Shown here: positions 11,362 through 21,222 of the stretch, one piece after another
How positions within the stretch are numbered: position 1 is the first letter of the stretch
Layout: each line of letters begins with the position of its first letter
Assembly (NCBI GenBank): GCA_947627595.1
Contig: CANQWQ010000002.1
Coordinates: forward strand, 39,899 to 103,898
Source: an uncultured Clostridia bacterium
GTDB lineage: Bacteria > Bacillota > Clostridia > TANB77 > CAG-508
Length of the DNA: 64,000 nt
Reading direction: 5' to 3'
Notes under the pieces: generated by a model
Database searches by the model: none
Told to the model about the DNA's origin: nothing
What the model saw: the letters and a program-made list of their open reading frames with translations, nothing else
Program-made: the position numbers and the translations under genes

Positions 11362-13071
11362 ATGCTTGATTTTAAAGAAATAATTTCAGAGAAAATTTCA
11401 CAAATTGTTGGTGTAGACTCTAAAGAAATCAAAGGCTATATTGAAGTTCCACCAGATAAAAATATGGGAGATTATGCTTTTCCTTGTTTTAGATTAGCTA
11501 AATCTTTGAAAAAAGCTCCTCCTGCGATAGCTGAAGAAATCAAAGAAAAATTAGAGTTTGATAAAAACTTAATTTCTAAATTTGATGTTCAGGGTGGATA
11601 TTTAAATTTTTTTGTAAACTCTGAGGCTCTTGTAAAAGAAGTATTAGGTGAGATAAATAAGTTTAAAGAAAATTATGGTTCATCATATATTGGCCAAAAC
11701 AAAAATATAATTGTTGAATATTCTTCACCAAACATCGCAAAACCTTTCCACATTGGACATTTAAGAAACACAATTATTGGAAATTGCTTATATAAAGTTT
11801 ATAAATTTTTGGGTTATAATGTTACTGGAATTAACCATCTTGGAGATTATGGAACACAGTTTGGAAAGCTAATTGAGGGCTATAAAAGATGGGGAGATGA
11901 ATATGATATTTCACGTGACCCAATTAATGAACTTACAAAAATATATATTAGAATAAATGAAGCTTGTAAAGAAGATGAAGAAGTTTTAGAAGCTTGCAGA
12001 GAAAACTTTAAAAAGCTTGAAGAAGGCGACGATTACTGTGTTGAGCTTTGGAATTGGTTCAAAAAAGAGAGTTTAAAGGAATTCCAAAGAATTTATGATT
12101 TATTAGGTGTAAAATTTGATTCTCTAAATGGCGAGTCTTTCTATTCAGATAAAATGGATGAAGTTGTAGAGATTTTAGACAAAAACAAAGTTACTAAAAT
12201 GTCTCAAGGCGCAAAAATTGTTGACTTAGAAGATAAGGGATTAGGCGTTTGCATAATTAGAAAATCAGATAATTCATCAATTTATGCTACTCGTGATTTA
12301 GCAGCCATAAAATATAGAGCAAATACTTATGATTTTGATAAATGTTTATATGTTGTTGCATATGAGCAAGCACTTCATTTTAAACAAATTTTTGAAGTTG
12401 CTAAATATTTAGAGATTCCTGAAAAATGTGTTAATGGTTTAGAGCACGTTCAATATGGAATGACAAGACTTTCAACAGGAAAGATGTCTACAAGAGAGGG
12501 AACAGCGATTAAAGTCAATGATCTTCTAGAAGAGGCAATTTCTAGAACAACAAAAATTATTGAAGAAAAAAATCCTGACATGGTTGATAAAGAAGAAAAT
12601 GCTAAAAAGATTGGAATTGGAGCAATCGTGTTTAACAACTTAAGTAACACAATTATCAAAGATCAAGTTTTTGATTGGGATAATGTTTTAAGTTTTCAAG
12701 GTGATACAGGACCATATATTCAATATGTTTATGTTAGAACAAAAGGTGTTTTAGAAAATGTTGGAGATATTCCAAAATTTGAAGATATTGATACATCTTG
12801 CTTATTAGATAGTAGCGCAGTTCAAGTTGCTACTACATTATATAAATTTGGTGATGTTTTAAAATCTGTTACAGACAAAAACGAGCCATCACTTTTAGCT
12901 AGATACTTGTTAGAGCTAGCTCAAGACTACACAGTTTTCTATAATGAAGACAAAGTCTTAGTTGATGATGAAAAGGTTAAAAATGCTAGAGCCTTTTTAA
13001 CATACTGCGTTCAAACAGTTATAAAAATCGGATCTAGCTTATTAGGAATGGAAATGCCAACAAAAATGTAA
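11362..13071 (+). CDS. argS: arginine--tRNA ligase
   Basis: class-I HIGH-type motif region PFHIGHLRN and MSTREG (KMSKS-like); 569 aa. Confidence 0.92.
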   Translation: MLDFKEIISEKISQIVGVDSKEIKGYIEVPPDKNMGDYAFPCFRLAKSLKKAPPAIAEEIKEKLEFDKNLISKFDVQGGYLNFFVNSEALVKEVLGEINKFKENYGSSYIGQNKNIIVEYSSPNIAKPFHIGHLRNTIIGNCLYKVYKFLGYNVTGINHLGDYGTQFGKLIEGYKRWGDEYDISRDPINELTKIYIRINEACKEDEEVLEACRENFKKLEEGDDYCVELWNWFKKESLKEFQRIYDLLGVKFDSLNGESFYSDKMDEVVEILDKNKVTKMSQGAKIVDLEDKGLGVCIIRKSDNSSIYATRDLAAIKYRANTYDFDKCLYVVAYEQALHFKQIFEVAKYLEIPEKCVNGLEHVQYGMTRLSTGKMSTREGTAIKVNDLLEEAISRTTKIIEEKNPDMVDKEENAKKIGIGAIVFNNLSNTIIKDQVFDWDNVLSFQGDTGPYIQYVYVRTKGVLENVGDIPKFEDIDTSCLLDSSAVQVATTLYKFGDVLKSVTDKNEPSLLARYLLELAQDYTVFYNEDKVLVDDEKVKNARAFLTYCVQTVIKIGSSLLGMEMPTKM

Positions 13072-13072
13072 A

Positions 13073-13112
13073 AAAAGGGGACGGTTCTCTTCAAGGACGG
13101 TCCCCTTTTTTC
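13073..13112. repeat. variant copy of the palindromic element acting as a bidirectional terminator (argS / spoVAE convergent)
   Basis: aaaaaggggacGGTTCTCTTCAAGGACggtccccttttttcc: same GGGGAC/GTCCCC arms with an inserted loop. Confidence 0.6.
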
Positions 13113-13116
13113 CATT

Positions 13117-13485
13117 TTATTGTTTTTTGATTTTGGGTTTGGAAATGAGTGAGGCAATATAGCCGAAAAAGACTGCACTTGCGATTCCAGCCGATGCTGC
13201 TTTAACTCCACCGATAAACGCTCCGATAAAGCCAGAATCTTTAACTTCACTTATTGCACCTTTTGAAAGCAAGTTTCCAAAGCCAGTTAGTGGAACTGTT
13301 GCGCCACATCCAGCAAAATCAATTAAATATTGGTAAATTCCGAGTCCACCTAAAATTGCACCAAGAGTTACAAAAGCTACTAAAATTCTAGCTGGTGTTA
13401 ATTTTGTTTTATCAATTAAAATCTGCCCAATGACGCAAATCGCGCCACCTACCAAAAAGGCTTTTAAAATCATGAACCAATCCAT
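13117..13485 (-). CDS. spoVAE: stage V sporulation protein AE (SpoVAE/AEB-type)
   Basis: MDWFMILKAFLVGGAICVIGQILIDKTKLTPARILV...GCGATVPLTGFGNLL; 122 aa. Confidence 0.85.
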   Translation of the reverse strand: MDWFMILKAFLVGGAICVIGQILIDKTKLTPARILVAFVTLGAILGGLGIYQYLIDFAGCGATVPLTGFGNLLSKGAISEVKDSGFIGAFIGGVKAASAGIASAVFFGYIASLISKPKIKKQ

Positions 13486-13497
13486 AAATTTTCCTTT

Positions 13498-14502
13498 CTA
13501 AACTTCAATTGAAATCGCATGAGCAATTCCAGGAATAGTCTGGCCTTGCTGAGTTGTTAAAGCATTTGTTAAAGCTCCTGTTGCAATCAAAAGAATTTTC
13601 TTTAGCTGACCAGATTTTAGTTGATTATAAATATAACCACCAAAAACGCTAGCAACACAGCCACAACCAGATCCGCCTGAATGAGTATCTTGAGTTTTCT
13701 TATCGAAAATTAAAACTCCGCAATCATCATAATTATTTGAAATATCAAAACCGCTTTCTCTTGATAAATCAATCAAAATGTCTTTTCCGATATAACCCAA
13801 ATCTCCAGTAAAAATCATGTCATAATAATCTGGCGTTCTTCCAGTATCATTAAAATGCGTGACAAGAGTATCTAAAGCTGCTCCAGCCATAGCTGCGCCC
13901 ATATTTGCAGCATCTTTGATTCCCATATCAACGATTTTTCCAGGTGTAAGAGTTCTAATAAATGGGCCATTTCCGTCTTTTATAAGAACACTTGCACCTG
14001 CTGCAGTTACAGTCCATTGAGCTGAAGGTGGTCTTTGATTTCCAAGTTCTAGCGGAAATCGAAACTGCTTTTCTGCGCTACAAAAATGGCTTGAACAAGC
14101 GCATAAAACATTTTGAGCAAAACCGCCATCAATCATAGAGCTTCCTAAAAGATTTGTTTCAACAAAAGTTGAGCAAGCTCCAAAAACGCCAAAATAAGGG
14201 ATATTTAAATTCATAAGGCCAAAACTAGAAGTGGTGCATTGATTTATTAAATCACCTGCAAAACAAAAATCAATCGAATTTGTGGGAAGACCTGATTTAT
14301 TTATAGCAAGTTCAGCCGTCTCTTTAATAAACTTGCTTTCAGCTTTTTCCCAGGTTTCTTCGCCCCAAAATTCGTCGTCAACAGTTTGATCAAAAAATTT
14401 TGAAAGTGGGCCAGCTTTTTCTTTTGGACCGGCAATGCAGGCTGTCGACAAAATTGAGACGTCGCCGTCTATCTTATATGTTTGTTTTCCAATCTTTTTC
14501 AT
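13498..14502 (-). CDS. spoVAD: stage V sporulation protein AD
   Basis: thiolase-like SpoVAD signature ...SIDFCFAGDLINQCTTSSFG...; 334 aa. Confidence 0.88.
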   Translation of the reverse strand: MKKIGKQTYKIDGDVSILSTACIAGPKEKAGPLSKFFDQTVDDEFWGEETWEKAESKFIKETAELAINKSGLPTNSIDFCFAGDLINQCTTSSFGLMNLNIPYFGVFGACSTFVETNLLGSSMIDGGFAQNVLCACSSHFCSAEKQFRFPLELGNQRPPSAQWTVTAAGASVLIKDGNGPFIRTLTPGKIVDMGIKDAANMGAAMAGAALDTLVTHFNDTGRTPDYYDMIFTGDLGYIGKDILIDLSRESGFDISNNYDDCGVLIFDKKTQDTHSGGSGCGCVASVFGGYIYNQLKSGQLKKILLIATGALTNALTTQQGQTIPGIAHAISIEV

Positions 14503-14516
14503 CTTTTCTCCTTTTT

Positions 14517-14543
14517 GGGAAAAGGGGACAGTCCCCTTTTCCC
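14517..14543. repeat. 27-bp palindromic element, copy 4 (inside the spoVA operon between spoVAC and spoVAD)
   Basis: gggaaaaggggacagtccccttttccc, perfect copy. Confidence 0.85.
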
Positions 14544-14546
14544 ATT

Positions 14547-14991
14547 TTAAAATAACATCGAAATTAGGCCTATGATGATGCTCGTCGAGATTCCATAGAC
14601 GAGTACAGGGCCGGCGACTGTAAACATTTTTGCACCAACACCCATAACATATCCTTCTGATTTATATTCCATAGCTGGTGACACAATTGAATTTGCAAAG
14701 CCTGTTATTGGAATTAAAGAGCCGAGCTCCAGCAAATTTTCCAATTCGATTGAAAATATTTAAAGCAGTAAGAAAGCTACTTAAGAAAATTAATGAGACA
14801 GAAACAATTGTGTAACAGGTTGTTTCATCAATTCCTCGTGATTTTGAATATTCAAAAATAACTTGCCCAAGTGCACAAATAAATCCACCTACTAAAAAGG
14901 CGCAAAAACAATTCTTTAAAGTAGGTGAGTTTGGCGTTTTTTCATCAACGTATTTTTGGTAAGCAACTTTACTTTCTAAAGAATCTTCCAT
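14547..14991 (-). CDS. spoVAC: stage V sporulation protein AC, continuous only with a C-skip at the in-frame CGG
   Basis: - strand: MEDSLESKVAYQKYVDEKTPNSPTLKNCFCAFLVGGFICALGQ...NRIGKFAGA-CGG-; the +1 frame continues GSLIPITGFANSIVSPAMEYKSEGYVMGVGAKMFTVAGPVLVYG... Confidence 0.8.
14722..14724 (-). other. in-frame CGG with +1 frame change (spoVAC; the only - strand example)
   Basis: coding sense gct-CGG-ctc; the following codon after the skip is GGC (Gly of AGAGSLIPITGF). Confidence 0.75.
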
Positions 14992-15004
14992 AAATTTCCT
15001 CCAT

Positions 15005-15268
15005 TTATTCGTCTAAATTTGAGGTAGAAGTGTCTTCTAACCCTTGAAGCCCTTTATCAATCTCAAATTCTAAATCTAAATCAGCGTAATATTCTTGGAT
15101 TCTATCACCTTGAAGTTTTGCTCTTTGTTCTAAAACAACAACAGATGTTAAATTATTTAAAGTCTGACTTGCGTCTTGAATTGAGCGAAGTATCGCGTCT
15201 TTCCAAGAAATATTTGAAACTCCAGTTAATTTTATATGTTTTTTGCAATTCATAAAAATTTCCTCCAT
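15005..15268 (-). CDS. dodecin-like small protein
   Basis: 87 aa; IKLTGVSNISWKDAI...VVVLEQRAKLQGDRIQEYYADLDLEF resembles the dodecin fold signature; assignment is tentative. Confidence 0.45.
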   Translation of the reverse strand: MEEIFMNCKKHIKLTGVSNISWKDAILRSIQDASQTLNNLTSVVVLEQRAKLQGDRIQEYYADLDLEFEIDKGLQGLEDTSTSNLDE

Positions 15269-15426
15269 TCATTTTTTCTAATATTTTGAACGTTAACGAA
15301 AAAAATATTCAAAAAAATTTAAAAAATTGTAGAAATTAAAACAAATGTGTGATATATTGTTTACTATAATATTTCTTTATAAAACTTATGAATTGGTTAT
15401 AATATTTAAGTTAAAGGAGGAAAAAT

Positions 15427-15636
15427 ATGATAAGAGAAATGAACAGTTTAGAAGATGTTGATGTTATGTCAAATGATGAAAGAGCACAATACATCGAAAG
15501 AGTAAAAAAACTTATTGAAGAACGCGAAGATGGTTTTTCTAATGGAAATACTATAAGTTTTAACGAACTTCTTGACTATGTTGATGAGCTTACAAAAGGA
15601 GGAGTAAACACTGATAAATTTAGAAAAAAACTTTAA
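15427..15636 (+). CDS. small acidic protein, putative antitoxin of the downstream ParE-like toxin
   Basis: 69 aa, good RBS AAAGGAGG; 3' end overlaps the toxin reading frame. Confidence 0.4.
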   Translation: MIREMNSLEDVDVMSNDERAQYIERVKKLIEEREDGFSNGNTISFNELLDYVDELTKGGVNTDKFRKKL

Positions 15637-15923
15637 AGATGATTTAGCAAAAATTTATTTTTATTTATCTAATAATATTTCTAAAAAATATGCTGATAAA
15701 ATTATTCATAAAATTTTATCTAGAATCTATATATTAGAGTATTTTCCGTATATTCGGTAAAGTTATTCCTGAATTTAAACTATATAATTTTCGAGAACTG
15801 ATATATAAAAAATATCGAATAATTTATAAAGTTTTTGAAAATGAAATTTACATATACGGAATACTCCATTGTAAACAAGATTTTCAAAAATACATAGATG
15901 ATTTTAATTCAAAAAAATTTTAA
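15611..15923 (+). CDS. ParE/RelE-family toxin, continuous only with a C-skip at CGG 15755; start codon unresolved (no ATG/GTG/TTG in frame)
   Basis: ...NLEKNFKDDLAKIYFYLSNNISKKYADKIIHKILSRIYILEYFPYI-CGG-; the +1 frame continues GKVIPEFKLYNFRELIYKKYRIIYKVFENEIYIYGILHCKQDFQKYI..., matching the ParE signature (P..G....RE....YRIIY...I.I..I.H..QD). Confidence 0.55.
15755..15757 (+). other. in-frame CGG with +1 frame change (ParE-like toxin)
   Basis: frame 0 gives CGG-TAA (stop); +1 gives GGT-AAA-GTT..., the only site where the 4th base is T. Confidence 0.7.
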
Positions 15924-16041
15924 TTCTAATTTAGCTTTTTAAAAGCAAAATTCCCAAAAAATTAAAAAATTTTATATTTACACAACATTCATAAAACTTT
16001 CATAAAAGGAGAGTAGAATATTGATTATGTGGAGGAAATCA

Positions 16042-18012
16042 ATGGAAAAATATTTGAAATTACTTAGTAATCAATATAAAAATATCAGTGAAGTTACTGA
16101 AGAAATAATTAATTTACAGGCGATTTGTAATCTGCCAAAAGGAACAGAATTATTTTTAAGTGATATCCACGGCGAATATGAAGCATTTTTACATCTTTTA
16201 AATAATGGCTCAGGAATTATTAAACGAAAAATAATTGATAGATATAAAAACGTTTTACCTGAAGAAACTATGAAAGAGCTTGCGACTCTAATATATTATT
16301 CTGAAGAAAAGATTGAGCTCGTTAAAAAAGAAATTAGAGAAAAAGGTGGAGATTTTAAGTCTCAGCTCGACGAATGGTATAGAATTAGTCTTTATAGATT
16401 AATCGAAATTTCTAGAGAAGTTAGCTCAAAATATACTCGTTCTAAGGTTAGAAAAGCTCTTCCAAAAGGTTTTGACTATATAATTGACGAGCTTCTTCAT
16501 CTCCAAGGCGAAGGAAAAGATAAAGAGCTTTATTATAAGCAAATAATAGAGAGTATAATTGATTTAAACAGAGCTGACAGTTTTATTGTCGCACTTTCTA
16601 ATTTAATAAAAAGAATGGCGATAGACCATCTTCATATTGTCGGAGATATCTATAACAGAGGTCCTGGAGCAGTTATAATAATGGATAAACTAATGGAGTT
16701 CCATAGTCTAGATATTCAATGGGGAAATCATGATGTTCTTTGGATGGGAGCTGCAAGCGGAAACGAAGCCTGTATTTGTAATGTCGTAAGGATTTGTAGC
16801 AGATATGACAACATGGCAACTCTAGAAGAAGGCTATGGAATTAACACAAGACCACTTTCGCTTTTTGCACTAGATACTTATAAAAATGATGAATGTGTTA
16901 ATTTTATTCCTCGAAACCAAGAAGAAAGCCTTTATAGTAAATCAGATAAAATAGTTATGGCCAAAATTCAAAAAGCTATAAGTATAATCCAATTTAAATT
17001 AGAGGGCCAAATTATAATGTCACACTCTGAATATAAAATGGAAAATAGGCTTCTTTTAGATAAAATCAATTTCAAAAATTATACTATTAATATAGAAGGA
17101 AAAGAATATAAATTAAATGATAAAAATTTTCCAACTATAAACCCAAATAGTCCTTATGAGCTAACAGAAGCCGAAAAAGAAGTTGTAAAAAGACTTAAAG
17201 AATCGTTTATTCATAGCGAAAAACTGCAACAACACACAAGCTTTTTGTTTTCAAAAGGAAATTTATATAAAAAATATAATGAAAATATTTTATTCCATGG
17301 CTGTATTCCAATTGATGATAATGGTGAATTAGAAGAAATTGAAGTTTTTGGCGAAAAGCTAAAAGGTAAAAAGCTAATGGATAGAATCGAAAAAATTATG
17401 AATGTCGCTTATTTTGGAAGAGAATCTTCTAAAAATCAAAATGAAATAGATTATATGTGGTATTTGTGGTGTGGTGAAAAATCTCCACTTTTTGGAAGAA
17501 AGAAAATGGCGACTTTTGAAAGATATTTTATAGATGATAAAGAAACACATAGTGAAGGAAAAAACGCTTATTATAAATTTTTAGATGATGAAGAAGTTTG
17601 TAATAAAATTTTAGAAGATTTTGGCGCAAGCCTAGAAGACGGCCACATTATAAATGGCCATGTTCCAGTTAAAGTAAAAGATGGCGAAAGCCCTGTCCAT
17701 TGTAATGGAAAAACTCTTTTAATTGATGGCGGAATGTCTAAAGCATACCAAAAATCTACAGGAATCGCAGGCTATAGTTTATCATATAATTCAAACGGAC
17801 TTATTCTTTCTGAAAACGAGCCATTTACTTGTAAAGAAAAAGCTGTAAGAGAAGGAAGCGATATCAAAAGTCAGATAATTCTAGAAGAAAATGTAAAATC
17901 TAGAAAATATGTCGGAGACACAGATATCGGTAAAAAACTAAAAGAAGAAATCGAAGATTTAAAGCTTTTATTAAACGAATATTTAATAGGAAATATAAAA
18001 GAAAAAATATAA
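16042..18012 (+). CDS. fbp: fructose-1,6-bisphosphatase class 3
   Basis: MEKYLKLLSNQYKN...LFLSDIHGEYEAF...HIVGDIYNRGPG... class-III FBPase signature; ~657 aa. Confidence 0.88.
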   Translation: MEKYLKLLSNQYKNISEVTEEIINLQAICNLPKGTELFLSDIHGEYEAFLHLLNNGSGIIKRKIIDRYKNVLPEETMKELATLIYYSEEKIELVKKEIREKGGDFKSQLDEWYRISLYRLIEISREVSSKYTRSKVRKALPKGFDYIIDELLHLQGEGKDKELYYKQIIESIIDLNRADSFIVALSNLIKRMAIDHLHIVGDIYNRGPGAVIIMDKLMEFHSLDIQWGNHDVLWMGAASGNEACICNVVRICSRYDNMATLEEGYGINTRPLSLFALDTYKNDECVNFIPRNQEESLYSKSDKIVMAKIQKAISIIQFKLEGQIIMSHSEYKMENRLLLDKINFKNYTINIEGKEYKLNDKNFPTINPNSPYELTEAEKEVVKRLKESFIHSEKLQQHTSFLFSKGNLYKKYNENILFHGCIPIDDNGELEEIEVFGEKLKGKKLMDRIEKIMNVAYFGRESSKNQNEIDYMWYLWCGEKSPLFGRKKMATFERYFIDDKETHSEGKNAYYKFLDDEEVCNKILEDFGASLEDGHIINGHVPVKVKDGESPVHCNGKTLLIDGGMSKAYQKSTGIAGYSLSYNSNGLILSENEPFTCKEKAVREGSDIKSQIILEENVKSRKYVGDTDIGKKLKEEIEDLKLLLNEYLIGNIKEKI

Positions 18013-18019
18013 ATTGTAA

Positions 18020-18049
18020 AAGAATTATGGAAACATAATTCTTTTTTAA
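18020..18049 (+). terminator. rho-independent terminator after fbp
   Basis: aagaattatg-gaaa-cataattctt plus T-run. Confidence 0.65.
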
Positions 18050-18233
18050 ATTTTCGAAACCCCTCATAAATGGAAGTTTTTTACAAATTGATTACAAGTA
18101 AATTACACTTTGGTAAATTATATTGACTAGCTGTTGAATTATGTATAAATTATATGTAGAAAAAAGTATAAATACGCGTAATATTTAGGCAAACTTTTGG
18201 AATACTAATATAAAAACTTGAGGAGAATGTACA

Positions 18234-19865
18234 GTGCCAAAGTGTTTAGGAATTTATATCGAAGATGATGTAATTAAATATTCAAAAGTTGACAGAACTA
18301 AAGATATTTTAAAAATTGAAAGTTGTCATGTCGAATTTTATGAAAGAAGTAAGATAATTCAAACTTTAGAAAAAATTATTAGAGAAACTTTTAGTGCAAA
18401 AGATGCTATTAGTATTAACATTTCTAACGAATTATACAATTATTTTGAAGTATTTGCCTCTTTAAATAAAAAAGATAAGGACAAACTAACAGGAATAGAT
18501 TTTGAATATTTTTGTGGAGAAAAAGGATATAATAAAGAATCTTTAGATGCCAGAACTATCTATAGAAATAGTAGAGAAGATCCTGACAAACAAAAAGCTA
18601 TTCATATTTCAACAAACAAAGAAAATATTTTTAAAACTGTTCAAGATTTTGGCAATGTAAAAATTACTAATGTAATGCCAATTTCAACAAGTATTTTTAA
18701 TTTAGTAGATTTAGGTCCAAAAGATGAAAATGTTCTGATAGTAAATATAGAGAAAGATACTAAAGTAACCACCGTAATTGGTGGTGAAATTTATCATATA
18801 GATATTATCCCAGAAGGAATGGGAGAAATTCTAGATGCTATTAATGCTACAGAAAATGATTTAAAGAGATCTTATGAGTGCTGTAGAAATACAACAATTT
18901 ATACTCAAGATATGCAAGACCTACAAGTCGATGAAAACGAACATTTAGAAACAATAATGCCAATATTATATAAATTAGTTACAGAAGTTAGAGAACTTGC
19001 TGAAACAGCTGTAGCGCCAATATCTAAGATTTATATCACTGGTGGTGGCGTAGCAATTAATAATATTGATTTATATTTCCAAGAATATATGCAAAACGCA
19101 AAATGCGAATTATTAAGACCATTCTTTATTGCTGATAATGCTTCACTTAAATTACCAATTAAAGAATATATGGAAGTTAACTCAGCTACAGCTTTAGCTC
19201 TTGATGGACTAGGCTATGGCGAGAAAGATTTAAACTTTAAAACAAAACAAGCTACAGGCGGAAATATTACAATTAATAGCGCTACAATTAAAGAGTTCTT
19301 TAAAGGATTTACAGATCCAAATAAAGAGATGAATGCTTTCGATAAAATGGGAGCTAGACTTGCTGCTTGTTTATGCATCGGAGTTTTAGGTTATGGTTTA
19401 GTATCAAATGGAATTATTAAACAAATAAATGAAAAATCGCTAGAGATTGATGATCAAACAGAAGCTGTTCAAGCTCAAATTGATACTATGAAATCTCAAA
19501 CATCTTCAATTGATACTGGTAGAAGAGCATATGACCAAATGTATGCTACTTTAGATGCAATTAAAAATCCGGTTACAACAGATACTGATACAACTACAGA
19601 AGAACGTGTTACAATTCCAAAAGATGCAATTCCAAACTTATTAAATAGAATTGTTTATACAATACCAAAGCAAGTTAGAGTAACATCTATCAAAAATACA
19701 GAAGGAAAGACTATTGTTATAGAAGCTCAATCTGCTCTATATGAGCAACTAGGTTATTTTGGATCAGCCCTTGCTAATAATGGCTATTTATTAAATGTTA
19801 AAACATCTAGTGGTCAAAAGAGTGGAGGAACTATTTTAGTTACAATAGAAGGAGAATTACCATAA
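18234..19865 (+). CDS. pilM: type IV pilus assembly protein, PilM (actin-like ATPase) fused to a PilN-like TM/coiled-coil region
   Basis: GTG start after GAGGAG; MPKCLGIYIEDDVIKYSKV... actin-like fold motifs, internal TM LAACLCIGVLGYGLV, then coiled-coil; 543 aa. Confidence 0.65.
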   Translation: MPKCLGIYIEDDVIKYSKVDRTKDILKIESCHVEFYERSKIIQTLEKIIRETFSAKDAISINISNELYNYFEVFASLNKKDKDKLTGIDFEYFCGEKGYNKESLDARTIYRNSREDPDKQKAIHISTNKENIFKTVQDFGNVKITNVMPISTSIFNLVDLGPKDENVLIVNIEKDTKVTTVIGGEIYHIDIIPEGMGEILDAINATENDLKRSYECCRNTTIYTQDMQDLQVDENEHLETIMPILYKLVTEVRELAETAVAPISKIYITGGGVAINNIDLYFQEYMQNAKCELLRPFFIADNASLKLPIKEYMEVNSATALALDGLGYGEKDLNFKTKQATGGNITINSATIKEFFKGFTDPNKEMNAFDKMGARLAACLCIGVLGYGLVSNGIIKQINEKSLEIDDQTEAVQAQIDTMKSQTSSIDTGRRAYDQMYATLDAIKNPVTTDTDTTTEERVTIPKDAIPNLLNRIVYTIPKQVRVTSIKNTEGKTIVIEAQSALYEQLGYFGSALANNGYLLNVKTSSGQKSGGTILVTIEGELP

Positions 19866-20677
19866 TGAAGAGATTAATCGTAATTATTTCTTTAATAGTA
19901 GTGATTGCTCTTGGTTATGTCTTCGTTGCTAGAGGAATAGGAAATGAGAATGTTGGAGTTTATAGTTATGAATCAATCCAATCAGAATCAGAAGCCTTAA
20001 CTAGAAAACTAGCTAATTATGATAGACTTAACCAGGATAATTTTGATGCTGCTAAATCTTCTTTAGATTCATCACTAGCTAAATATGAAAACTCTAAAAA
20101 TAAATATGAAGAAATATATAAAGAAGTTTCAGATATGTTAGCTACTGAGAGCGGTGGAGACACTGTAATGTCTAGTGTTCAAGGTTATAAAATTAACTTT
20201 TTACAAGTTAGACTTGGTGGATATAGTAGACAAGAAGGAATTGACCTTCATGTTGTATTGACAACAAGCCCTGTATTAGATCCAACATTAGCTCTTTCAG
20301 ATACATTTTTAGCTGACTTAACTTTCACGATTACAGGTGAATATAATAGAGTCGAAAGATTTATCGCAGACCTTGAAGATGACGCAGAACTTGGCTGGGA
20401 AATAAATGATTTCGAAATGGTTAATGGCTCAGTAAACGGATATACTGGAGTAACAGCTAAATTCGTTACAAGAAGTATTCCAGTAGATAAAATGAGTTAT
20501 TTAGATTCAATGTTAAATGGACAAGCAGTTATAGATGCAAATAATAATAGTAGTACTGGTACTGGTTCTAATAATGGTACTGTTTCAAATTCAACAACTA
20601 ATACAACTACAACTCCAGTAGATAATAGTACTTCAAATACAGTTTCAAATACTACTACAAATAATACAGTTAATTAG
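19865..20677 (+). CDS. PilO-like pilus assembly protein (N-terminal TM, coiled coil, Asn/Thr/Ser-rich tail)
   Basis: taATG overlap with upstream stop; MKRLIVIISLIVVIALGYVFVARG... ; 270 aa. Confidence 0.55.
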   Translation: MKRLIVIISLIVVIALGYVFVARGIGNENVGVYSYESIQSESEALTRKLANYDRLNQDNFDAAKSSLDSSLAKYENSKNKYEEIYKEVSDMLATESGGDTVMSSVQGYKINFLQVRLGGYSRQEGIDLHVVLTTSPVLDPTLALSDTFLADLTFTITGEYNRVERFIADLEDDAELGWEINDFEMVNGSVNGYTGVTAKFVTRSIPVDKMSYLDSMLNGQAVIDANNNSSTGTGSNNGTVSNSTTNTTTTPVDNSTSNTVSNTTTNNTVN

Positions 20678-20697
20678 AAGAAAGGAAAAAGTAACAA

Positions 20698-21159
20698 ATG
20701 AAAAATGCCTTTTTAGTTATAGGTCTAGGTGCAGTGGCAGTTTTATGTGTATTCTTATTTTTATATGATTATATGCCATCTGGACTAAATATTACAAAAG
20801 CAAATAGTTATGAAACAGATCCAAAAACAGCTGAAGTTTTGAGTGATTCACAAGCAATTCAAACTACACTTTCAGAGCAAAACTCAGAATCATCTGATAG
20901 CGCATCATCTGTAGGACAATCAAATGTGCTTTTCACAATGCATGATGTTACAAAAGCAGATATAGCTGCAGCTAGTAGAGCTGGAATATTAGATCAAGGT
21001 AGACCTGACCCATTTGCTGAAATCGTTCCAGAAGAACAAAATCCAGATGGAACAGGTGGTGAAACAGGAGATCCTACTAGTGGAAATACTACTGTAGATC
21101 CTAGTGGAAATACAGGTTCATCTGACGGAACATTTTACAATACAGCAAAACAAAAATAA
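20698..21159 (+). CDS. pilus-cluster hypothetical membrane-anchored protein
   Basis: N-terminal TM MKNAFLVIGLGAVAVLCVFLFLY then Ser/Thr/Gly-rich region; 153 aa. Confidence 0.5.
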   Translation: MKNAFLVIGLGAVAVLCVFLFLYDYMPSGLNITKANSYETDPKTAEVLSDSQAIQTTLSEQNSESSDSASSVGQSNVLFTMHDVTKADIAAASRAGILDQGRPDPFAEIVPEEQNPDGTGGETGDPTSGNTTVDPSGNTGSSDGTFYNTAKQK

Positions 21160-21222
21160 TTTTATAATTTTGTCTTTAAATTTTAAAAATAAATAATAAC
21201 ATATAAGGAGGAAAAATTAGAT

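Noticed and set aside
13011-13250. 79-aa - strand ORF spanning the argS 3' end and the palindromic element
   Set aside because: Overlaps argS and the terminator repeat; translation includes the repeat-derived peptide; no independent support.
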